Assembly (NCBI GenBank): GCA_005779345.1
Contig: SXJQ01000087.1
Coordinates: 1-38,341 of the forward strand
Direction: 5' to 3'
Length of the DNA: 38,341 nucleotides
Source of the DNA: Actinomycetota bacterium
Lineage (GTDB): Bacteria; Actinomycetota; Acidimicrobiia; IMCC26256; PALSA-610
Below are positions 8,152 to 15,417 of the stretch, one piece after another; positions within the stretch are counted from its first letter, which is position 1, and every line of letters starts with the position of its first letter. Under the pieces are notes generated by a model that did no database searches, was not told where the DNA came from, and was given only the letters and a program-made list of their open reading frames with translations. The translations under genes were made by a program, and so were the position numbers.

Positions 8152-9776
8152 CAATACGCATCGTGACCTTCGCCTGGGATCCGCGACCGCCCTCGGCCGA
8201 ACTCCAGCGTCGTTACGTCGCGGCGGGATGGTGGGATGACCAGACGCTCGGCACGCTGCTCGCGTCGGGCCTCGCCGACGCGGCGGCCGAGCCGTTCACG
8301 GTCCGTTCCGAACGTCGACCGTTCCGGGGCACGCTCGGCGCGGTCGACGAACTCGCGCGCCGGATCGCGGCAGGGATGCGGGCGCGCGGGATCGGGCCGG
8401 GCGATGTCGTCGCATTCCAGTTGCCGAACTGGGTCGAGGCCGCGGCGACGTTCTACGCGGCCTGCTATCTGGGAGTGACGATCGTGCCGATCGTCCACTT
8501 CTACGGCGCCAAGGAGGTCGGCTACATCCTGCGGCGCACGCAGGTGAAGGCCCTGATCACGACGGATCGGTTCGGGGCCCAGGACTTCCTCGGGAACCTC
8601 GAGCAGTTGCGAGTCGATCCGGGAGGGCTCCCCGACCTCGAGTGGGTCGCGGTCGTCGGCGAAGCGTCGTTCGCCTCGCTGGTCGGCGACGATCTCATCG
8701 ACGCGCCGGTCGCTGTTGCTCCCGAGTCGCCCGCGCTCATCGCGTTCACGAGCGGGACGACGAGCGACCCGAAGGGTGTCGTGCATGCGCACCGCACCAT
8801 TGGCGCCGAGATCCGACAGCTCGGTGGGATCCAGCCGACGGTCGGGGCCGCGATGCTCACCGGCGCACCCGTCGGTCACGGTATCGGGATGCTCGCCGCG
8901 CTCCTGCTCCCGGTGTGGCGGCGCGGCGCGATCCATCTGATCGACGTATGGGACCCCGCGCGGGTCCTGGCGGCGATGCTCGACGACGGCCTGTCGGCGG
9001 GGCAGGGCGCCACGGTCTTTCTCACGAGCCTGCTCGACCACCCCGACTTCGACCTCGAACGCCACGGCCCGCTCATGGCAACGATCGGGCTCGGCGGCGC
9101 GGCCGTGCCGGTCGCGGTGTGCGAGCGCGCCCGCGGGCTCGGGATCGAATGTTCACGTTCCTACGGCTGTACCGAGCACCCGTCGATCACCGGGTCGACG
9201 TTCGCCGACCCGTGGGAGCAGCGTTGTACGACCGACGGAGTTCCGCTCCCCGGTGTCGAAATCCGCCTCGTCGACGACCGCGGCCGCGACGTCGACCGCG
9301 CGACGCCGGGCGAGATCTGGAGTCGCGGCCCCGACTGCTTCTGGGGCTACACCGATCCCGCGCTCGACGACTGCTTCGTCGACGGGTGGTACCGCACCGG
9401 CGATGTCGGCGTGCTCGACGAACACGGTCGGCTCGCGATCACCGATCGAGTGAAGGACATCATCATCCGCGGTGGGGAGAACATCTCGGCCCAGGAGGTG
9501 GAGGAACTCCTCATGCGCTTGCCGGGCGTCGCGGAGTGCGCGGTCGTCGCGGCGCCCGACCCGCGCCTCGGCGAGCACGCCGCTGCGTTCTTTCGGATGC
9601 AGGAGGGCAGCGAGGTACCGACGCTCGACGTGGTGCAGCGCCACCTCGACACGGCGGGTCTGGCGAAGCCGAAGTGGCCCGAAGAACTGCATTCGGTGGG
9701 GGAGTTCCCGCGCACGCCGAGCGGCAAGGTGCAGAAGTTCGTGTTGCGCGGCCGATTGCGAGACGCGGGTGGCTGA
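8142..9776 (+). CDS. AMP-dependent acyl-CoA synthetase/ligase
   Basis: ORF 8109..9776. AMP-binding motif FTSGTTSDPKGV, plus YGCTEHP, WYRTGDVG and PRTPSGKVQKF. Start is uncertain (TTG 8109, ATG 8142, GTG 8163). ATG 8142 shares the CATG at 8141-8144 with the hyuB ATG. Confidence 0.85.
   Translation: MDVTIRIVTFAWDPRPPSAELQRRYVAAGWWDDQTLGTLLASGLADAAAEPFTVRSERRPFRGTLGAVDELARRIAAGMRARGIGPGDVVAFQLPNWVEAAATFYAACYLGVTIVPIVHFYGAKEVGYILRRTQVKALITTDRFGAQDFLGNLEQLRVDPGGLPDLEWVAVVGEASFASLVGDDLIDAPVAVAPESPALIAFTSGTTSDPKGVVHAHRTIGAEIRQLGGIQPTVGAAMLTGAPVGHGIGMLAALLLPVWRRGAIHLIDVWDPARVLAAMLDDGLSAGQGATVFLTSLLDHPDFDLERHGPLMATIGLGGAAVPVAVCERARGLGIECSRSYGCTEHPSITGSTFADPWEQRCTTDGVPLPGVEIRLVDDRGRDVDRATPGEIWSRGPDCFWGYTDPALDDCFVDGWYRTGDVGVLDEHGRLAITDRVKDIIIRGGENISAQEVEELLMRLPGVAECAVVAAPDPRLGEHAAAFFRMQEGSEVPTLDVVQRHLDTAGLAKPKWPEELHSVGEFPRTPSGKVQKFVLRGRLRDAGG
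8151..8156 (-). promoter_or_regulatory. -10-like box TATTGT for a leaderless hyuB-hyuA-hydrolase transcript
   Basis: The complement of acaata at 8151-8156 lies 7 nt upstream of ATG 8143. Confidence 0.35.
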
Positions 9777-9807
9777 TGCCGACGGCGCGCCCGCGAGCGA
9801 GTCGACG

Positions 9808-10587
9808 ATGGGGAGTGCGGGCGAGGTCGCGATCGTCGCTCTCGTCGCGGCCGATCTCGTGTCCGATGGCGCGCAGGCCGTCGTGTTGGGTGGCTCGGTG
9901 GCTCGTGGCGATGCGCATCGTTTCTCCGACCTCGACATGGTCGCGATCGGCGCGGCCGGAGGCGGACCGGAGTACGCGTTGCGGGTCGTCGACGGCCGTC
10001 TCGTCTCGGTGTCGTGGCGCACCGGCGACGATGTGCGCGCGCTCATCGACTCGCCCGCCGATGCCGGCGGCGCGGTCCCCGCGTGGCGCGCCGCGCGAAT
10101 CGTGCACGACCAGAAGGGCTGGGCGGCCGCGCTCCAGGAGTTCGCGCGAGGTTGGTCGTGGTCGCGAATCGACGCGGCGTGCGACGAGTACGTCGCCGAC
10201 GCGACCGTCGGTCTCGCCGAGGAGGTCCTGCGGCTCGCAGGAATGCTCGAGGTCGGCAATCTCGCGGCGGCGGCGGCAATGCGCAACGTGTTGGCGCTCC
10301 GCCTCCCGATGGTGATGGCCGTGCACCACCGGATCCTGTACGACAGCGAGAACGCGCTGTGGGCCGCGGTCGACGCCGCCATGGGACCTGCCTGGACCGC
10401 CGACGCGGCAGCCGCCGCGGGGATCGCGACGGTCGACCTCGCGGCGGGATGCGCGGCGGCGGGCGCGATGTACACGGCGGCCGTCGCGGCGGCGCGGCCA
10501 CTCATCGGCGCTGACGGCCGGGCGGTGGTCGACCTCGCGTCGGAGGTCGCTGCGGGATTGCGCGGTCGCGGCCCACGACGTGAGTAG
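9808..10587 (+). CDS. pol-beta-fold nucleotidyltransferase domain protein with helical C-terminal domain
   Basis: ORF 9472..10587 trimmed to ATG 9808, past the ligase stop. Motif: GGSVARGDAHRFSDLDMVAI (GS-x9-D-x-D of NTP_transf_2). At 259 aa its size and layout resemble kanamycin-nucleotidyltransferase-like proteins. The substrate is unknown. Confidence 0.7.
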   Translation: MGSAGEVAIVALVAADLVSDGAQAVVLGGSVARGDAHRFSDLDMVAIGAAGGGPEYALRVVDGRLVSVSWRTGDDVRALIDSPADAGGAVPAWRAARIVHDQKGWAAALQEFARGWSWSRIDAACDEYVADATVGLAEEVLRLAGMLEVGNLAAAAAMRNVLALRLPMVMAVHHRILYDSENALWAAVDAAMGPAWTADAAAAAGIATVDLAAGCAAAGAMYTAAVAAARPLIGADGRAVVDLASEVAAGLRGRGPRRE

Positions 10588-10599
10588 GTTGACCGGTTC

Positions 10600-10932
10600 A
10601 TGAGTGAGGAGCGGCGGCGTTATCAGCGCCACGACGTGCGGGTCGCAGCGTTGTGCCGGCGGGTGTCCGAACACGGCATCGAACCCGCGGCGCACGGCGA
10701 GACGACCGACCTGTCGCTCGGCGGGTTCGGCGCGGTGCTCGACGAGTACTTCGAGACCGGCGACGTCGTCGACGTTGATCTCGTGCTCGTGCCGCACCTC
10801 GTGACCCTGCGCGCGCTGGTGGTCGACGTCTCGCCCGCGGGCGACCGCGTGCGGATCCACTGCATCTACACCGATCCGCCGCCGATGGTCGCCCGTGCGA
10901 TCGATGACTTCCTCAGCGCCCGCAACGCTTGA
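10600..10932 (+). CDS. stand-alone PilZ domain protein (putative c-di-GMP receptor)
   Basis: 110-aa ORF with both PilZ signature motifs. RxxxR is in EERRRYQRH (codons 10615-10629) and DxSxxG is DLSLGG (10708-10725). Confidence 0.75.
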   Translation: MSEERRRYQRHDVRVAALCRRVSEHGIEPAAHGETTDLSLGGFGAVLDEYFETGDVVDVDLVLVPHLVTLRALVVDVSPAGDRVRIHCIYTDPPPMVARAIDDFLSARNA

Positions 10933-11010
10933 CCGACCCCACCGTCCCGAACGTTGAGTGGAGAACCCGTAAATACGGGTTCTCCACTCAACGTTGCGGT
11001 GGGTCGGGCG
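10931..11010. terminator. long perfect hairpin between convergent genes (bidirectional intrinsic terminator or REP-like element)
   Basis: The arms AACGTTGAGTGGAGAACCCGTA (10950-10971) and TACGGGTTCTCCACTCAACGTT (10974-10995) are perfect reverse complements (22 bp). Imperfect outer arms GACCGACCCCACCG / CGGTGGGTCGG extend the stem. It lies between the PilZ stop (10932) and the amidohydrolase stop (11030). There is no U-tract. Confidence 0.6.
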
Positions 11011-11029
11011 GGTGGTGGAGTCGGGCGGG

Positions 11030-12697
11030 TCAGCGGCCGTCGAGGAGCGCGCCGGGGCGGGCGTCGAGGCCCGCGGTGGCGGGGGCGCCATCGACGCGGA
11101 TCGCGACGCCGTTCACGAGCGTGTGCGTCATGCCCACGGGAGCGTCGGCGGTGAGACGCTCACCGCCGGCCGGGAAGTCGCGCACCCGACGCAGGCCGCC
11201 GGGCGCGACCGTCGCGAAATCGAACACGGTGATGTCGGCGGCCTTGCCGACCTCGAGCGTGCCGCGATCGTGGAGTCCGTACACCGCCGCGGGTTCGCCC
11301 GAGAGTTTGTGGATCGCGCGTTCGAGGGGCATGACCTCCTTCTCGCGGACCCAGTTGCCGAGCAGGTCGGTGGCGAAGCACGCGTCGCAGAGTTGGCCGA
11401 CGTGCGCCCCGGAGTCGGCGAGGCCGAGCAACGCGTTGTCCTGCGGGAGCAGCCAGGCGATCGCCTCGGGATCGTTGTTGGCGAGCACCGACCAGAAGCG
11501 CGTCTCGAGATCGTCGTCGAGCGCGATGTCGAGCATGGCCTCGAGCGCGTTGACGCCGCGTTCGGCCGCGAGTTCGACGACCGACCGGCCGATGAGTTCG
11601 GGGTGCCGGTTCGATTCTGCGATCGACATCGCTCCCCAATTGGGCGGGAGCACCTTGGAGGTCGTCAGGTCGGTCCAGGCGCGGGCGCGCCATTCGGGCG
11701 ACCGGTAGGCCGCCGCACGTTCGTCGCGGGGCCGGTCCATCAGCTCGGCGAACGTGTCGCGCATGTTGAAGGTGAACGGCTCCAGCAGGTTCATCTGGAA
11801 CACGAGCGGACGGCACGACACCTGCGGCCACACCTCGATGCCCTCGGCTCGAGCGCGGTCGTGCTCCTCCATCACCCGGACGTGGTAATCGAGGCCCTTG
11901 ATCGTGAGCAACGCCGTCCACGTGAACGGTCGCCCGATCTCGCGTTGGAGGTCGAACATCTGCTGGTTCGAGAACACCCCGCCCGGGAGCATGGCGACGA
12001 CGCCACGGCCCGCCTCGCGCACGGGGTCCATCAGGGCGCGCAGCTCGGCGATCCCGGCGACCCGCGACGGCACCGGGCGACCGCGGTCGCCGTTGTGAGT
12101 CGGCGAGGCCGACGTCGCGAAGCCGATCGCGCCACCGTCCATCGCGTCGCGCACGAGGTCCTGCATCGCGCCGAGTTCCGCCTCGGTCGCGTCGCGCTCG
12201 TAGGACTCGTCGCCCATCACGTGGATGCGCAGCGCGGTATGGCCGATGTAGCAGCCGTAGTTCAGTGCGGTCCCGCGCCGAGCGATCGCCTGGAGATACT
12301 GCGGGAACGACTCGAATTCGTCCCAGGGCACACCGGCCGCGAGCGTGTCGAAGCTCATGTCTTCGACGTGTTGGAGCGTGCGGGCGAGGAGCCCGACGTT
12401 GTCGGGCGTCACCGGCGCGATCGTGAATCCGCAGTTGCCCGCGATCACCGACGTGACCCCGTGGAACGATGACGGCGTGAGCGCCGGATCCCAGAACACC
12501 TGCGCGTCGAAGTGGGTGTGGATGTCGACGAAGCCCGGGCTGACGATCTGACCGGCCGCGTCGAGCTCGCGTCGCCCCGACAGGCCGGGGCCGATCTCGC
12601 GAATCCGGCCGTCGCTGATCGCAACGTCGGCGGCGTAGCCCGGCGCTCCCGTGCCGTCGACGACGGTCCCACCCTTGATGACGATGTCGGCAGTCAT
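11030..12697 (-). CDS. amidohydrolase family protein (N-acyl-D-amino-acid deacylase / D-aminoacylase-like)
   Basis: ORF 11030..12859 trimmed to ATG 12697 (MTADIVIKGGTVVDGTG). Metal-binding block: SPGFVDIHTHFD. The D-aminoacylase-like block GVTSVIAGNCGF is also present. Confidence 0.8.
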   Translation of the reverse strand: MTADIVIKGGTVVDGTGAPGYAADVAISDGRIREIGPGLSGRRELDAAGQIVSPGFVDIHTHFDAQVFWDPALTPSSFHGVTSVIAGNCGFTIAPVTPDNVGLLARTLQHVEDMSFDTLAAGVPWDEFESFPQYLQAIARRGTALNYGCYIGHTALRIHVMGDESYERDATEAELGAMQDLVRDAMDGGAIGFATSASPTHNGDRGRPVPSRVAGIAELRALMDPVREAGRGVVAMLPGGVFSNQQMFDLQREIGRPFTWTALLTIKGLDYHVRVMEEHDRARAEGIEVWPQVSCRPLVFQMNLLEPFTFNMRDTFAELMDRPRDERAAAYRSPEWRARAWTDLTTSKVLPPNWGAMSIAESNRHPELIGRSVVELAAERGVNALEAMLDIALDDDLETRFWSVLANNDPEAIAWLLPQDNALLGLADSGAHVGQLCDACFATDLLGNWVREKEVMPLERAIHKLSGEPAAVYGLHDRGTLEVGKAADITVFDFATVAPGGLRRVRDFPAGGERLTADAPVGMTHTLVNGVAIRVDGAPATAGLDARPGALLDGR

Positions 12698-12704
12698 GGC
12701 CCGG

Positions 12705-12710
12705 ACGCTA
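12705..12710 (-). promoter_or_regulatory. -10-like box TAGCGT for a leaderless amidohydrolase transcript
   Basis: The complement of acgcta at 12705-12710 lies 7 nt upstream of ATG 12697. Confidence 0.35.
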
Positions 12711-12718
12711 CGCCTCCC

Positions 12719-12732
12719 TGACACCCGTGTCA
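12719..12732. promoter_or_regulatory. operator-like palindrome TGACA-CCCG-TGTCA (site C)
   Basis: Extended perfect 7-bp arms CTGACAC/GTGTCAG (12718-12733), 8 nt upstream of the amidohydrolase -10-like box. It is almost identical to site A, including the CCCG centre. Confidence 0.55.
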
Positions 12733-12799
12733 GATGCCGTCGGGGGCAGGTTCTCCCGTGCTCGCTTCCGCCCGGCGACGGGGCGCGGCCACCCAACCT

Positions 12800-12813
12800 T
12801 GACACGCGCGTCA
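12800..12813. promoter_or_regulatory. operator-like palindrome TGACA-CGCG-CGTCA (site D) overlapping a TTGACA -35 box
   Basis: One mismatch to TGACA-N4-TGTCA. It overlaps TTGACA at 12799-12804, which lies 18 nt upstream of GAGGCT (12823-12828), and that box lies 8 nt before the ADH ATG at 12837. Confidence 0.4.
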
Positions 12814-12836
12814 GGTTTCCGTGAGGCTCGAACCCG

Positions 12837-13886
12837 ATGCCCGAGATTCCCGACCACATGCCCGCGGCCGTCCTGTATGGGATCCGCGACGTGCAGGTCG
12901 AGACGCGGCCGGTCCCGGTCGTCGGCCCCGACGAGGTATTGCTCGAGGTCGGCTACTGCGGGATCTGTGGGTCCGACATCCACTTCATCGTCGAGTGGCC
13001 CGGTGCCGCCAAGCCCGGGAGCATCGAAGGGCACGAGTTCTCCGGGACGATCGTCGCAGTGGGCGATGCGGTCCGCGAGTGGCAGGTGGGCGACGCGGTC
13101 GTCGGTGGGCCGAGCCCGCGGTGCGGGCGGTGCCGGTTCTGCCTCGACCAGCGCCCGTCGCTCTGCGTCGAGCGCGGCAAGGTCGGTGCCGACGACAGCG
13201 ACTGGCAGGGCGCATTCGCGCGGTACAAGAAGATGCCGGCCGCGCAACTGCTCCGCGTCCCCGACGGTCTCGATCTCAAGCATGCCGCGCTCGTCGAGCC
13301 GATGGCCGTCTCGTTGCACGGCATCACCCGCGCCGGCGGCGCCGACCCGACGAAGCGCTATCTCGTCACCGGCGGTGGGCCGATCGGATTCCTGAGCGTG
13401 GCCGCGCTCCTCGCGGGCGGCGTCACCGATGTCGTGGTGAGCGAACCCCACGAGGGGCGTCGCGCCCTCTGTGCGCGCATCGGCGCGCGGGTCGTGACGC
13501 CAGACGAACTCGTCGCGCCGAGCATGCCGCACGACGTCGCCGACGAGCCTTTCGACATCGTGCTCGAGTGCAGCGGACACCGCGAAGCGATGGAGTCGGG
13601 GCTCGCCCAACTCCGCCGCGGGGGCCGGCTCGTCCTCGTGGGCGCCGGGATTCGGCCGCCGCGCTTCGACCCGAACCGCATCTTGCTGAACGAGCTGGAG
13701 ATCACCGGCGCGTTCGTGTACGACCACGACGGGTTTCCCCGCGCGCTCGAGCTCCTCGCGAGTGGTCGGGTCCCGCTCGAACTGCTCGTCGAGCCCGACG
13801 ACATCCCGCTCGACGGCATCGTGCAGGCGAGCGTCGACCTGTTCGAGGGGCGCCGACCCGCGAAGGCCATGGTCGTTCCCCGATGA
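12837..13886 (+). CDS. zinc-dependent alcohol dehydrogenase (MDR family)
   Basis: 349-aa ORF with the catalytic Zn motifs YCGICGSDIH and GHEFSG. The structural Zn cluster is CGRCRFCLDQRPSLC and the NAD fold is VTGGGPIGF. Confidence 0.85.
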   Translation: MPEIPDHMPAAVLYGIRDVQVETRPVPVVGPDEVLLEVGYCGICGSDIHFIVEWPGAAKPGSIEGHEFSGTIVAVGDAVREWQVGDAVVGGPSPRCGRCRFCLDQRPSLCVERGKVGADDSDWQGAFARYKKMPAAQLLRVPDGLDLKHAALVEPMAVSLHGITRAGGADPTKRYLVTGGGPIGFLSVAALLAGGVTDVVVSEPHEGRRALCARIGARVVTPDELVAPSMPHDVADEPFDIVLECSGHREAMESGLAQLRRGGRLVLVGAGIRPPRFDPNRILLNELEITGAFVYDHDGFPRALELLASGRVPLELLVEPDDIPLDGIVQASVDLFEGRRPAKAMVVPR

Positions 13887-13947
13887 CGAACCCGCCGCGC
13901 CACGGCATTCCCCGTCTCGACATCGCGAACCAGAAAGGCGCCACGCC

Positions 13948-14415
13948 ATGACCACGTCGATCGATCGCGCCGACAAGCCGACGTTCCCGTCCCGGACTCC
14001 CCGCATCAATCACGTCGCGACGAGCGTGCCGGCCGAACTGCTCGACGAGGAGCACCGCGGTCTGCTCGCCGACTTCTACGAGCACGTCTTCGGCTTCCAG
14101 GAACTCCCGACGATGACGCAGGACCGTCGCCGGCTCATCTTCTCGGTGTTCGATGTCGAGCAGTTCTTGTTCCTCATCGCGGAAGACGAACCGATGCGGT
14201 GCCCGCGCCTCGACCACTGGGGGTTCTCGGTAGGTTCCGAGGCCGAGCTCGACGAGATCCTGCGCCGGGCGAAGGCGTATCGGGAGCACGACGACCGCGT
14301 CGACATCATCGACAAGAAGACCGAAGACCACGGCATGCTCGCGATCACCGCGATCTACGTGAAGTACCTGTTGCCGATGATGGTCGAGGTCCAATACTGG
14401 GACTACAAGCGATGA
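13948..14415 (+). CDS. VOC (glyoxalase/dioxygenase-fold) family protein
   Basis: ORF 13762..14415 trimmed to ATG 13948, which is preceded by an AAAGG Shine-Dalgarno-like box at 13934-13938. Size (155 aa) and the INHVATSV ... HWGFSV pattern fit the VOC fold. The functional call is weak. Confidence 0.55.
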   Translation: MTTSIDRADKPTFPSRTPRINHVATSVPAELLDEEHRGLLADFYEHVFGFQELPTMTQDRRRLIFSVFDVEQFLFLIAEDEPMRCPRLDHWGFSVGSEAELDEILRRAKAYREHDDRVDIIDKKTEDHGMLAITAIYVKYLLPMMVEVQYWDYKR

Positions 14416-15389
14416 CGGGTGCCATCAAGTACGGCGCGTTCGTGCCGCAGGGGTGGAAGCTCGAATACGTCGGCGTCGATGGCCCGACCGCGTGGGCCCG
14501 CAGTGTCGAGTTGGCACAGCAGATCGAGGCATGGGGATACGACCACCTCTGGGTGTACGACCACGTCGAGACCGTGCCGCGGCGCGAGCCGACCCACGTG
14601 TTCGAGGCGTTCACCTTCCTCGCCGCCATCGCGCAGCACACGCGCACGATCAAGCTCGGCCAGCTCGTGACCTGCGCGAGTTATCGCAATCCCGGCCTGC
14701 TCGCCAAGACCGCGGCGTGCGTCGACGTGATGTCGGGAGGCCGGTTGGTCTTCGGGCTCGGCGCCGGTTGGTACGACCGCGAGTACCAGGCGTATGGGTA
14801 CGAGTTCATGGGTGCCGGAGCCCGCATCGCGTACCTCGACGAATCCCTCGAAGTGATCCGGCGGTTGTGGACCGAAGAGACCGTCACCCACGAGGGTCGC
14901 TTCCTCCGATTCGACGGCGCCTACTGCGACCCGAAGCCTGTCCAGTCGCTCCCGCAGATCTGGGTCGGCGGCGGCGGCGAGCGCAAGACGCTCGCGGTGG
15001 CGGCGCGCCACGCCACCCACACGAACTGGCAGGTCGGCCTCGACCAGTTCGTCCACAAGAGCGAGGTGCTGGCCCGTCACTGCGACGACGTCGGTCGCGA
15101 CCCCGACTCGATCGTGCGGACCCACGGACCGGATTGTCGGATCTTCGACACCGAGCGGGAGTTGCGGGAGTGGTGCGCCAGCCCGAACGGCGGGCATCCG
15201 CGCAAGCAGGGCACCGACGACGACTACATCGCGAACCAACTCGTCGGCACCCCCGAGATGGTCGCGGAGAAGGTGCAGGCTTACGTCGACGCGGGGTGTC
15301 GTGAGTTCGTCCTGTGGTTCCGCGACGCGCCGTCGGGGGAGAGCATGGAGCGTTTCGCCCGCGAGGTGGCTCCGGCGGTGCGGCGTTAG
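14412..15389 (+). CDS. luciferase-like (LLM) flavin/F420-dependent oxidoreductase
   Basis: ORF 14199..15389 trimmed to ATG 14412, which overlaps the VOC stop in an ATGA (14412-14415). LLM blocks: WGYDHLWVYDH, RLVFGLGAGW, IWVGGGGE. Confidence 0.8.
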   Translation: MTGAIKYGAFVPQGWKLEYVGVDGPTAWARSVELAQQIEAWGYDHLWVYDHVETVPRREPTHVFEAFTFLAAIAQHTRTIKLGQLVTCASYRNPGLLAKTAACVDVMSGGRLVFGLGAGWYDREYQAYGYEFMGAGARIAYLDESLEVIRRLWTEETVTHEGRFLRFDGAYCDPKPVQSLPQIWVGGGGERKTLAVAARHATHTNWQVGLDQFVHKSEVLARHCDDVGRDPDSIVRTHGPDCRIFDTERELREWCASPNGGHPRKQGTDDDYIANQLVGTPEMVAEKVQAYVDAGCREFVLWFRDAPSGESMERFAREVAPAVRR

Positions 15390-15417
15390 CGCGAGCAGCG
15401 CATCTAGCGTGTCGACC

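Noticed and set aside
9808-10932. Nucleotidyltransferase plus small downstream gene as an MNT/HEPN toxin-antitoxin pair or a CBASS-like module
   Set aside because: The NTase is about 260 aa with its own helical C-terminal domain, and the partner is a PilZ domain, not HEPN. No CD-NTase-specific features or effector domains were recognisable. The pairing is kept only as a low-interest neighbourhood observation.
10931-11010. Palindromic element as a tRNA, small RNA gene or MITE
   Set aside because: It is a simple single hairpin, not a cloverleaf. No terminal inverted repeats with target-site duplication are visible, and only one copy occurs in this window. Whether it belongs to a repeat family cannot be judged without the genome.
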